Shown one piece after another: positions 49,049 to 61,834 of a stretch of 64,000 nucleotides of DNA. The notes beneath the pieces are model-generated. The model was not told the DNA's origin. It did no database searches and saw only the letters and a list, made by a program, of their open reading frames with translations. Every line of letters starts with the position of its first letter. Positions within the stretch are counted from its first letter, which is position 1. The position numbers were made by a program, and so were the translations under genes. The stretch lies in assembly GCF_006345805.1 (NCBI RefSeq), contig NC_043007.1:21328001-21392000 (forward strand), given 5' to 3'. This DNA is from Octopus sinensis. Lineage: Eukaryota.

Positions 49049-49118
49049 GCCATGATAAAACTCTGAGTTTCGGATGCCGAGGTGGAAATCCATGTCGCCA
49101 TCTCTTCAGTTATCTGGC
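49049..49118 (-). ncRNA. type I hammerhead ribozyme, intact core
   Basis: GCCA-GATAA-CTGAAGA-GATGGCGA...TCGGCATCC-GAAA-CTC-A-GAG-TT-TTATC-A-TGGC; stem I 5+4 bp with one bulge; predicted cut between 49059 and 49058. Confidence 0.72.
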
Positions 49119-49385
49119 CATCGGAAAAATGCTATGAAAAAAAATGACCGTTATACAAAGGGAAATTACTGTGTGATTGACCATTATTAAGAGAAAAGAG
49201 CTATTTGAATGACCGCTAAGTGAGGGGAGGGAGTAAAAGTAAAGGGGTAGAAAAAGTTCATTGTATTTGCGTAAGCACGCATGTACATACCTACACATGG
49301 AAGACTTATTATAATTAAAAACTAGAAGAAACATACATACATACCTACCTACATACATACATATATATACATATATATACATATA

Positions 49386-49457
<72 letters not shown>

Positions 49458-50103
49458 TATATGCATATATGTATTTATATACATATAAATGCATTTATTC
49501 ATATACACATAGAGAGAAAAACCCAAGGAAAGAGGAAGAAGTGGGTATATATATATGCGTGTATGCACATATATTGAAGCAAGATATAAATTTTTTTATT
49601 GATTATTTATATGCCTTGTAGCAAGGTCAGACACAGGGCATTTACAAAAATATGGCAGAACCTAAACTTAGATACTAGTACAAAATAACAAAGAGAACAA
49701 CAAAATGAAAAGAAAAATTGCAAAAAAAAAATTGTTCTCAAGAATTTATAATGGATATTAAAAGATGGGAAATTAAATTGGTAAGGCAAAGGAGTTAATA
49801 AGAAAACATCAAAGGGAAAAAGTAGACAGATATCTGTGTGATCTTTGCTGTTAATGATTAGTTCTGAAATTTGCCATTATTGTTTAATGCTATTAGTAGT
49901 TGACTTTCCCTGTTCTTCATCCTCCTGTGGCTGTTGAACTAAGTACTACACAAGTGCTGTATTCGCTGTATGCCCTCACTGAAAATCTGTAGCTTTGAGA
50001 ATATATTTTACCTTTAAATTCTTTCAATACTATATACATATTTCATCATATTCACCCATTGATCTCTACACATTTTTTCTCTCTCCCTTTTTTACCTCCT
50101 GAT

Positions 50104-50142
50104 CCTTTCTGCAAAAGATCATAGGCTTGAAACATCAAAGAC
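50104..50142 (+). ncRNA. decayed minimal hammerhead (same family as 60931-60972)
   Basis: CCTTT-CTGCAAA-AGATC-ATAG-GCTT-GAAACAT-C-AAAGAC; core mutated. Confidence 0.4.
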
Positions 50143-50302
50143 TTTTCCATTCTTCCTGAGCGCGTCAAACTAATAGATCTGCTAGTTGTTCCTTTACCTG
50201 TCTTCGTCTTTTGTTTTCTGTAAATTTGGACTATATATACATATACATATATATATATATATATATATAGATATACTTATTTAAAGCAGCAGAAAATTCA
50301 AC

Positions 50303-50349
50303 AAAACCTGTTACTCTGAGTTTCCCGTTGCCGTTCATCGGACAGTTTT
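50303..50349 (-). ncRNA. minimal hammerhead with U4C core variant
   Basis: AAAA-CTGT-CCGATGA-ACG(GCAA)CGG-GAAA-CTC-A-GAG-TA-ACAG-G-TTTT; stem III identical to the 49 kb motif. Confidence 0.6.
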
Positions 50350-51163
50350 TGCTAGTGCTGCTTTAAATAAAGCATATTACTCTACCACTGGTATTTGAGT
50401 ACTCTTTTTTCCACCTTGTTTCACATTTATGTGTTTACTCCGGGTATTATTATATATTAATATATATATATATATATATATAATATTATACATGTGTGTT
50501 TGCGTGTATGTGTGTGTGCATGTATTTGTATCTGTGTTTGTCTCCCCCCACCATTGCTTGACAATTGATGTTGGTATGTTTACATCTCTGTAACTTAGCG
50601 GTTCAGCAAAAGAGGCCGATAGAATAAGTGACTAGGCTTACAAAGAATAAGTCCTGCACTCGATTTGTTCAACTAAAGGCGGTGCTCCAGCATGGTCACA
50701 ATCAAATGACTGAAATATGTAAAAGAATAAAAGAATATAAGAAAATATATAGACACACACTCACACAGACACGAGTTCCTGGCTTTGGGAAAAAGAAAAT
50801 TTTGTCTTTCATCCTTTCGGGGTCAATAAATTAAGTACCACTGGGGGTCGATTATGGCTGTGAACTGGCAGAATCGTTGGAGCACTGGGCAAAATGCTTT
50901 GTGGTGTCTATTCCAGATCTTTCCATTCTGAGCTGAAATCTCTCCAAGATTAATTTTGTTTTTTATCTTTTGGGAGGTCGGGGGTGGATAAAATAAAGTA
51001 CCAGTGAAATACTGGGGTCAATGTATTAGACTCACTCACTCCCTTGTCTGATAATTTACTTGTTTGGTACTTAAATTAGAAAGAATTGTTTGACTTCGTC
51101 CCAGTCACTGTTGCACCTTGGAAATAAACAAAAGGCATAAATGTCACAACAAAAACCTTGTTT

Positions 51164-51782
51164 CTTCCTTCACTTCCTCTCCCCTCTTCCTTCTACACCT
51201 CTTCTTCTCCTCCAATTCCTTCTCTTCCTCCTCCTCCAATTTCTCCTCCCCCTCCTTCTCTTCTTCCCTCTCTACTTCCTCTTCCTCCACCTTCTCTTCC
51301 CCTTCTCATCTCCCTCCCCCTCTTCCTTCTCCTTCTCCTTCTCTTCCTCTTTCTTCTTCTCTTCCTTCTCCTTCTCTTCCTTCTCCTCTTCCTTCTCTTT
51401 CTCCTTCTCCTTCTCCTCCCTTTCCTTCCCCTTCTCTTTCGCTTCCTCCTCTTCCACTTCCTCCTCATCCTTCTCTTTCTCTTCCTTCTCCTCCCTTTCC
51501 TTCCCCTTCTCTTCCGCTTCCTCCTCATCCTTCTCCTTCTCTTCCTTCTCCTCCCTTTCTTTCCCCTTCTCTTCCGCTTCCTCCTCTTCCTCTTCCGCTT
51601 CCTCCTCTTCTGCTTCCTCCTCTTCCACTTCCTCCTCCTTCTCTTCCTTCTCCTTCTCCTCCTCTTCCTTCTTCTCTTCCACTTTCTTCTCCTTCTCTTC
51701 CTTCTCCTTCTCTTCCTTTTCCTCTTCCTTCTTTTCTTCCTTCTCCTTTTCTCCTCTTCCTCCCTCCTCCCTCTTCTCTCCT
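51164..51782. repeat. ~620-bp pure polypyrimidine/polypurine tract
   Basis: Almost only C and T on the + strand; internal ~60-nt periodicity around 51400-51600. Confidence 0.95.
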
Positions 51783-51932
51783 CAAAATCAATAGGGTTGA
51801 TCACAAGTCAGAGGCACTCACTCGCTCCAGACCAGCAAAGATCAAAGATGGCCTGCCTCCCATCGAATGAATAACGAACATCAAGTGAATAAATATTTCA
51901 CGTTTCGTTTTCGCCTTTCATTTCAATCCCTG

Positions 51933-51983
<51 letters not shown>

Positions 51984-52058
51984 TATATATATATTATATA
52001 TTATATTATATACATATATATATATATTGTTATATATATATATACATATATATACATA

Positions 52059-52175
<117 letters not shown>

Positions 52176-52319
52176 ATATGTATATATATATGTGTATATA
52201 TATATGTATATAGACTAACAATCGTACTGACTTTCATGGGAAACATGTATTTTTGTGGTTGAAACCTTTTGGATTAACTGGTGCTAGAGTGAGCCATATA
52301 GTGACCACTCTCTTATATT

Positions 52320-52378
<59 letters not shown>

Positions 52379-53234
52379 GTATATGTATATGTATATATAT
52401 ATATTTATATGTATATATATATATAATATATATATTTCATCATCTGAAGTTAACTTAATTTAGCGGAGCTCAGAAAACAACAACAACAACAACAACAACA
52501 ACGAAAACAACAAAAAAGGAAAAACAAACAAAAGATTCGCGACAATGATTACACACCATAGATATAGTCAGCAGGGGGTTATTGTTGAGATATGAACTTG
52601 TGACTCATGAGGTGAGAAGCTAACATCGTACCATGTCCAGCTGGCGATTGCAACACCTCGTCATTGTGACAACTAAGCTTCCTTAATTGGCTTCCACTTG
52701 AGACAAGCACGTCTCTCACTCTCTCTGTCTCTTTCTATCTCTATCTCTCTCTCTATCTCTCTCTGTCTCTCTATCTTTCTCTGTCTCTCTATCTTTCTCT
52801 GTCTCTTCCTCTTCGTTGCCATGTCTGCATTCCACCCAACAGAGATATTTAGGGATGGTTTGGAAGGTCAATAATCTGCCTGTGACATGTATTCATTTTC
52901 TTTCTGTCCCTTTACCGGGTGTCAATAAATAAATACACAATGCAGTAAGTTTGGCTGCACCTCGCTGACCCCTGTCATTGTTCATGATGCGAGGGGCCTC
53001 ACGGTTAGTCATTAGACTACAAACAGAAATTATGGAAAATAACCGGCAATTATTTTTGTGCTGCTTTGTTTTGGCTTAACTCAATGCTTCTCACGTATGA
53101 GACACAAACACAATGACACACAAATGTGCATACACACACACATATGCATGTGCGCACACACAGACTCACACACACACAAGCACACACACATACATATAAT
53201 ACTCAGACAAATCTGTACATTTACATGCAAAAAA

Positions 53235-53241
53235 TAGATAG

Positions 53242-53284
<43 letters not shown>

Positions 53285-53344
53285 CGGACGGAGGGATTAA
53301 TGGATGGATGGATGGATAGACAGACAGGGAGGCAGATAGGTAGG

Positions 53345-53404
<60 letters not shown>

Positions 53405-53475
53405 CAGATAGACAGACAGACAGACAGATAGATAGATAGATATACTGACAGACAGACAGATAGGCAGATAGATAG

Positions 53476-53532
<57 letters not shown>

Positions 53533-53534
53533 TG

Positions 53535-53602
<68 letters not shown>

Positions 53603-53615
53603 GACAGATAGATAT
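53235..53615. repeat. (GATA/GACA)n tract
   Basis: Direct inspection. Confidence 0.95.
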
Positions 53616-54209
53616 GTGTGAGTGTGTGTATTTGTGCATGTTTGAGTGTATGTGTCTGTATGTCTGTGCGTGTTGGAAAGAATGGCTTGTAGAAATAGTT
53701 CTGAGTTACTGTGTTCTGAGTTCAAATCTCTCCAATGTCCACTTTGTTTTGGCTTAACTCAGTGCTTCTCAAGTATGAGACCCAAACACAATGACACACA
53801 AGCGCTCATATATTCACACGCATACACTCACACACACACATGCATAAGTACACACACACACACACATATAATACTCAGTCAAATCTGTACATTTACATGC
53901 AAATACACACACACTCACACACACACATTCATAAATAAAATCAATTCTCGTCTCTTGAGCCAGCTCTTCTCTCCATTCTTCTCCGTCTGTCTATCTCTCT
54001 CTCTTTCTCTCTCTGTTTTTCTCTCTGACTTAAACTACATTGTACCGTGAAAAGGGTCGTCAGAAAAGAACTACTCACAACACACCTTTCTCCAGAAATA
54101 GGATAACGTTTAGCAAAGAGCTTGCAACATCTTTTTGTAGAAAGAAAACTGATACACAATTAGAATTAGCGAAGGATTGTCTAAGGGAGTGTTTCTCAAT
54201 CATTTTTTT

Positions 54210-54620
54210 TACTTCTGGATCCGTTCGATTTCTTATTTCTTTGTTGCCCACAAGGGGCTGAACATAGAGGAGCCAAACAAGGACAGACAAATGGATTAAG
54301 TCGATTAACTGGTACTTATTTAATCGACCCCGAAAGGATGAAAGGCAAAGTCGACCTCAGAATGTAGCGGCAGACGAAATACCTATTTCTTTACTACCCA
54401 CAAAGGGCTAAACACAGAGGGGACAAACAAGGACAGACAAACAGATTAATTCGATTACATCGACCCCAGTATGTAACTGGTACTTAATTTATCGACCTCG
54501 AAAGGATGAAAGGCAAAGTCGACCACGGTGGAATTTGAACTCAGAACGTAGAGGCAGACGAAATACTGCAAAGCATTTCGCCCAGCATTCTAACCATTCT
54601 GCAAGCTCGCCGCCTTGACC
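54210..54620 (-). mobile_element. SINE family B multimer
   Basis: Tail-1 at 54235-54300 and 54385-54455, head at about 54620. Confidence 0.85.
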
Positions 54621-54746
54621 CGCTTGATTTCTATTTTACTCAAGTGGACCCTCATAGCCATTTGGCATTTAAAAATGATCCCATTATATACATTATTTAC
54701 GTTATTTACATTGGACGGATGAGTGTCCTCATCCTGTTAGTTGTTA

Positions 54747-54790
54747 CCACAATGTTTTGACCGATTTACTCTCCAGCCTTCATCAGGTGT
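54747..54790 (-). ncRNA. decayed minimal hammerhead
   Basis: ACAC-CTGATGA-A-GGCTGG...TCGGTC-AAAAC-AT-T-GTGG; GAAACGTT would be restored by reversing two G>A changes. Confidence 0.45.
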
Positions 54791-55116
54791 CCTAGTAGAA
54801 TTTTGAACCCAACCCTGGGTTATATATATATATATATATTATATATATGGAGTGCACTCATAACTGAGTTGTTATGTATTACTTTAAATATTGAGTTCTA
54901 ATACCAAATTAGTATCACTATGTCTAAATGAAATATATTAATACATGTATATATATATAATATATATTATTATACATACATATATATACGTATGTATAAA
55001 TATATATACTGTACTGTTCCATTATTGGTAGGAAAACACAACAACTCCTTCAAACAAGATATACATCCTATATTTATTAAATGACATACATACATATGTG
55101 TACGTGTGTGTGTGTG

Positions 55117-55180
<64 letters not shown>

Positions 55181-55230
55181 ATGTATGTGATGTATATATA
55201 TAATATATTATATATAATATATATATATAT

Positions 55231-55267
<37 letters not shown>

Positions 55268-55488
55268 GTATATGTATATACACGTATGTATATATATATG
55301 TATAATATTATATATTATTTCCTGCGTCTATCTGTTTACTGGCATACCATCTCTCAATAAATGTCATAAATATCTATTTATTCCAAACATTTGTTCAATA
55401 AATACAATCGTTAGCTTGCTTGATGTTTCTGATCATAAGTATCTGTGTATGTAACATCTCTCTAGCTATTCCGTCCATCCATACATGC

Positions 55489-55556
<68 letters not shown>

Positions 55557-57028
55557 GTCTATCAATTCCTTGTTAGTCTTTTTGTCTGCCTTTATACATT
55601 GTGTGTGTGTGTGTGTGGTGTGTGTGTGTGTGCCTATGCATATGTGTATCTGTCTATGCCTTTATCACTCCTTTCATCTACACTCTGTGAATGTGTATGT
55701 GTGTGTGTGTGTATTCATTTCCATACATATAATTATATTTATACATCACACACACACACACATACACACACACACACAGAAAGAATTACAAATTTACACA
55801 CACACCCACACACATCCATTTGCATTTGCAAACACACGCATACACATTCACATACAGAAACATACACTCACATATACACACAAATACATACACACACAGA
55901 CTTGCACACAAACACACACACATCCGTTTGCATTTGCAAACGCACACATACACATTCACACACAAATACACACACACATACACACACATACACATACACA
56001 CACATGTGAGCACACACATATACACATACTTACACACACTTACATGCACATACACACATATACACACACATACCCACATATATATTTATCAATGCCTATG
56101 TATAAAATATCACAAATGACAAATATTCCCTCCCCACCGACTGCCCCATTCATCATCCCCACCACTCAACATCTGCTTCTCCATGCTGTCAATTCCTTTG
56201 ACAGAAATTGGTAAACCAGAACGCTCTACCAGACTCTACATGTCATAGGTATAAATCATTGCAGTCCTGCTGAGTAGTCACCGAAATGGCCAATCCGGAA
56301 TCCCTAAGGCGCCCAGCGCTTCACACACAGGCAAGCACCAAGCACCACAGGCACCAGGGGCCCCGGCAGGGACTCCATACACCTCTACCAGCTGATCAAA
56401 CTCATGACAAACAGTGGAAAGAGTGGCCAGTTTGGGCCTGGTTTCTATGGTCATATCCGCTTTACTAACACCAACCTCTTTGCAAAGTGTATCAAAGTGC
56501 TTTTTATGTGGCACCAGCACTAGTGAGGTCACCATGTAACTTGCAAGACAAGAGTTACTCAACTGAGATGGGGAGTAGTATCGAGGGAGGTGGTTTTGTG
56601 CCAGGTTATATGAAGTTTAAGTATGATAGAGAGACAGACAGGAAGGTGCCTGGTTGTAGGGAGGACACATGTTTGCTCCATTTCGAAAACAGAGATGGTG
56701 GAGTTGAAGATGTATCATTGTCTACTCTCAAGTTACAGGAAAATTAATTTAAGAGAAGTGGTACAATGGATTGGACAGGGTGATTAATTATTATTTATTT
56801 CTAACAGAGCACAATGACACAAATTTGAGCAGATTAAGTCAAGTACTTGACTGGTACTTTATTTTATCATCCCTTGTACAAGATAAGATCAGGTTAACAT
56901 TGGTGATACTGGAACTCTGAACATAAAAACTGCTGCAACTAAATATGGCATTGCCAACCCACTTCTCATAATAACAATCATAACAACAACAATAAATAAC
57001 TGATGATGAATATGATAACAATAATAAC

Positions 57029-57396
57029 AAGAGCACTTAGAGGGCGCAAGCCTCCGCCAAAGCAGCACTAGCATCCTCTCAGTGATTAGTCAGAGATGAT
57101 TTTTAAAATGAGAATATCTAAAATAAACTCGACTGCTCTTACAAACGGGAATACTAAAAGTGAACCCGACCGCTCTTGAAAATTAAGTAAAAAGACCAGA
57201 AAAATAATCTAGAATTCTTGTCTGGTAACAGATCAATCCCAAAAGCTAATCAGTTCATGCCAGTCAAAAGACCAAACATCCCTGAAAGTTTCATCTGAAT
57301 CCATCAAGCGGTTCTTGAGATATCTTGTCCATGGACAAACAAACAAATAAACACAACTGAAAACAATACCTCTGCTTTCACTAAGGTAGATGTAAT
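57029..57396 (-). mobile_element. complete HINE-like (Helentron non-autonomous) element
   Basis: 5' hairpin remnant, TGTTTGTTTGT tract, 3' end TTGGCGGAGGCTTGCGCCCTCTAAGTGCTC; the subterminal inverted repeat CCTCCGCC is shared with the 5' hairpin of sister copies. Confidence 0.7.
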
Positions 57397-57399
57397 AAT

Positions 57400-58555
57400 A
57401 ATAATCCTTTCTTCTAAAGGCACAAGGCCTGAAATTTGTAGCGAGGAGGTTAAGTCAATCACATTGACCCCTCCCCCCCTACACACACACACACACCTAC
57501 ACCATATTTGACTGATCCTGAAAAGATGAAAGGCAAAGTCAACCTCGGGAGAATTTGAACTCAAAGCATAAAGACAGATGAAATGCTGCTAAGCGTTTCA
57601 CCCAGCATGCTAACGATTCTGCCAGCTCACTACCTTAATGTAATAATATAAATAATAATAATAATCCTTTCTATTATAGGCACAAGGCCTGAAGTTTTGT
57701 GTGAGTGTGCATGTGCATGTCTAAGTGTGTGTGTGTGTGTTTTGTGGGATTATATCGACCCCAGAATTTCACTGGTGCTTGATTTATCAACCCTGAAAGG
57801 ATAAAAGGCAAAGTTGACCTCGGTGGAATTTGAAGTCAGAACATAACAACGGGTGAAATACCTATTTTTTTACTACCCACAAGGGGCTAAACACAGAGAG
57901 GACAAACAAGGACAAACAAACAGATTAAGTCAATTATATCGACCCCAGTGTGTAACTGGTACTTATTTAATCGACCCCGAAAGGATGAAAGGCAAAGTCG
58001 ACCGCGACGGAATTTGAACTCAGAACATAGCGGCAGACAAAATACATATTTCTTTACTACCCACAAGGGGCTAAACACAGAGAGGACAAACAAGGACAAA
58101 CAAACAGATTAAGTCAATTATATCGACCCCAGTGTGTAACTGGTACTTATTTAATCGACCCCGAAAGGATGAAAGGCAAAGTCGACCTCGGCGGAATTTG
58201 AACTCAGAACGTAACAGCAGACAAAATGCTGCTGAGCATTTCACCAGGCGTGCTAACGTTTCTGCCAGCTCGCTGCTTTAATATAATAATAATAATAATA
58301 ATAATATAATAATAATAATAATAGAAATAATAATAATAATCCCTTCTATTATAGGCACAAGGCTTGAAGTTTTGTGGGAGGGGACTAGTCAATTATATCG
58401 ACCCCAGAATTTCAGTGGTACTTGATTTATCAACCCCAAAAGGATGAAAGGCAAAGTTGACCTCGGTGGAATTTGAACTCAGAACGTAACGATGGGTGAA
58501 ATACTGCTAAGCATTTTGCCTGGTGTGCTAGCGATTCTGCCAACTCACTGCTTTA
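57400..58555 (-). mobile_element. three family B elements, including a trimeric one (57660-58280)
   Basis: 184-bp internal unit; TACTACCCACAAGGGG at 57871 and 58055. Confidence 0.9.
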
Positions 58556-58569
58556 ATATAATAATAATG

Positions 58570-58627
<58 letters not shown>

Positions 58628-59531
58628 CAACAACAACAATAATAATAATGATAATAATAATAATAATAATAATAATAATATAATAATAATAATAATAATA
58701 ATAAGAGCATTGAGAAGAGCATTGTCGATGTGAGAATTATTACTACCCATGTATTTTAATCTAACTTAAAAAAAAAAAAAAAATGAATGAACTATTGAGT
58801 TTGGCTTAATGGCCTACCAATGTATACTATGAGTTTCTTTGCCATAGGAGTCGGGAAGACACTCGGCAAGAAATGGAAGCAAATTTGAAAGAGGGAAAAA
58901 AAAAAGTAATAATAATAATCATAATAACAACAACAAGAACAATAATAATGATAATAATAATAAAATTATAACAAAAGACTTGGTGTTAGCTTATACATGT
59001 ATTGGTAATTAAATGAAACTGTTGATCTGTTTGTTGGAGACTGTTTTAGAAAGAAAGTGGATATTTGATATTTAAATTACTCTGTTTGTAAAAGAAGGTC
59101 ACTATGAGAGTCTCAAATTTCAAGAACTCTTTAAACAATGGGAATTATTTTCAGCCAAAACATTTTGAAATTTATCTTTAAACTGGCTTTTAATTGAATG
59201 TATCATCTGACGTTTCAAGTTCAGCTTTCAAATATGAAATACTGCCATCATTATCTATATATGAATGTTTTAGAGTGGCATGGATGGAAGCGAGGGTTTT
59301 GGAAAGCATGATACACACACATAAATGCATGTATACACACACGGGCAAATACATTCATACACACGCGAACACACCCGCATGGACACACATATTCACATAC
59401 ATAAATATATTTACATAGACACTTGTATGCGCTCACAAACACTTACACACACACATACATACTTAACAAATACACAAATTCATGTACATACACACACAAA
59501 CCCACAAGCATGCACACATACACATGTACAA

Positions 59532-59590
<59 letters not shown>

Positions 59591-59735
59591 TAAATAGATA
59601 GATAGATAGATAGATAGATAGACAGATATATCATCACCAATAATACCACCACCACTATCATCACCATTACCACCACAACCACAACCACCACTATCATCAT
59701 GATCGTTGTTGTTGTCATCATCATTGTCGTCGTCG

Positions 59736-59769
<34 letters not shown>

Positions 59770-59779
<10 letters not shown>

Positions 59780-60060
59780 TATTAACATCCTCTTTTCCAT
59801 GCAAGCATGGGTTGGATGATTTGGCTCACCAGTCCTCAGTCAAACCATCCAACCCATGCCAGCATGGGAAGCGGACGTTAAACGACAACGACGATGATGA
59901 TGATGATGATGAGACAAGCCATAGAACTGCACCAGATTCTAATGTCTGACTTGGCATGGTTTCCACGGCTGGATGCCCTTCCTTATGCCAGCCACTTTAC
60001 AGAGTGCACCGAGTGCTTTTTATGTGACCCAAACCCCAGCGGAATCATCAAGTTACCACA
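59770..60060. mobile_element. rearranged family D pieces, including an inverted pair of 3' tails
   Basis: 59782-59823 is the reverse complement of 59841-59881. Confidence 0.75.
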
Positions 60061-60181
60061 AGATAAGATTCCTCAAGTGAGTGAAGTATAGAATGGGGTG
60101 GGGGGGATAAGAAACTAGGATAGAGAGACAGGAGCAGGCATCTTGTGGATGAGATGAATATGTTACTTACCCGAGAGAGAA

Positions 60182-60212
<31 letters not shown>

Positions 60213-60689
60213 GAGAGAAGAGAAAATGAAAGGAAGAAAGAGATGTTAGGTTCAAGTACAAGGTTAATATGTGACAGAAGAGCATATTCACCTTGTACTC
60301 AGAGACCTAGGCACGCAGACACGTGTGCATGCACAAGCATGCACACGCACGCATGCGCACATGCAGGCATGCACATAAATATAAGATTTTTAAATGTCAC
60401 AGTCAGCTTTTTACCCAAAAAAAAACATATTTAACTCGACTATTTATTGATTTCTTTTTCAGATAATATTTGATATATCTCCCCCACCCACATTTGTCAC
60501 TATCTATATGTCTGTCTGTCTGTCTGTTTCTTTATCTCTCTGTCTGTTTCTCTCACTCTCTCTCTCTCTCTTTCTCTATCTATCTATCTATCTATCTATC
60601 CATCTATATCTATATATATATATATATATATATCTACCTATCCATCTATATATATATATTTTTTTTTCCTCTGTCTTCCCTTCTCCTAT

Positions 60690-60724
60690 GTTTCCGACGA
60701 AGAGCTCCGCTCAAAACGTTAAAC
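60690..60724 (+). ncRNA. minimal hammerhead, U4C and G12A
   Basis: GTTT-CCGACGA-A-GAGC(TCC)GCTC-AAAA-CG-TT-AAAC; palindromic AACGTT stem III. Confidence 0.55.
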
Positions 60725-60930
60725 CCTCCTTCTTTCCTTCTTTCCTGAGCATCCAATGATACTATATTTGTTCCACGTCCTCACGTTGTTGTGTTTTTTT
60801 GTGCTTTCTTGTTTGGATTAACTTTATATATATATATATAGGGAGAGTTTACGAAAAAAAAACAAAAGACTAAGACAGGTGGTGTACAAAACAAACAAAT
60901 GTATTAGTATAACATTCAGGAATAGAAAAA

Positions 60931-60972
60931 GTTTTTTACGTTTCGAGCCTACGCTCTTCTACAGAAAGGGAC
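60931..60972 (-). ncRNA. minimal hammerhead with CUGUAGA core variant
   Basis: GTCCCTTT-CTGTAGA-A-GAGC(GTAG)GCTC-GAAA-CG-TA-AAAAAC. Confidence 0.55.
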
Positions 60973-61407
60973 ACAGAAAAAACAAGGAGAGAAAAAAATG
61001 TGTGTAGTGGCTAACGATCTAACGATAATAATAATGTTTTGATGCATTCTTTGTTGCACTGAGGAGAACAGTAATATATAATTAATTTAATTTAATTTAA
61101 TTTAATTTAATTAATTTCTAATAATTCTGCCATGTCATTTACATGTTAATATTGCTGTTCGAAATTATCGTATGGATGTATTAAAATTCGTTTTTGAAAT
61201 TTTAACATCTCTTCTCCATCTTTAACAGGTTGTTGAGTTTCTATGGAGTACTTTTCCATAAATCCTAATCACATACCATATACATGTAATGATTTCATAT
61301 TCACAAAAAACACCAATAAGCTACCAATGAAATGTGAAAAATCATTGTTAGAAATCGGCCCTTTCGAACCCTCCAAAGTAAAGGATGAAATTGAACTTAA
61401 CCTTTCC

Positions 61408-61453
<46 letters not shown>

Positions 61454-61494
61454 TATATATACGCGCACACACATATACATGTATATGTTGACAC

Positions 61495-61801
61495 CCCTTT
61501 GGTCATGATTAACCATGGGATTGCAGATTGCACCTAGAAAGTTACCCTCCCAGGCACAAGTCCAGACAAGGTTGTTTATGGAAGAGCGATGTTGGCGGGG
61601 ACAAACACACACACAAACATATACACACACATACATATATATGACTGGCTTCTTTCAGTTTCCATCTACCAAATCCACTCCCAAGGCTTTGGTCGGCCCT
61701 AGGCTATAGAAGACACTTGCCCAAGGTGCCACACAGTGGAACTGAACCTGGAGCCATGCGGTTGGTAAGCAAGCTACTTACCACACAGCCACTCCTGCAC
61801 C

Positions 61802-61805
<4 letters not shown>
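61495..61805 (-). mobile_element. family A 5' half fused to a family C tail
   Basis: A head 61640-61805; C tail reverse complement 61495-61580. Confidence 0.75.

Positions 61806-61834
<29 letters not shown>

Noticed and set aside
58845-58890. Acceptor followed by GVGKTLGKKWK (P-loop or HMG-box-like)
   Set aside because: Stop codon after 13 codons with no donor; likely chance.
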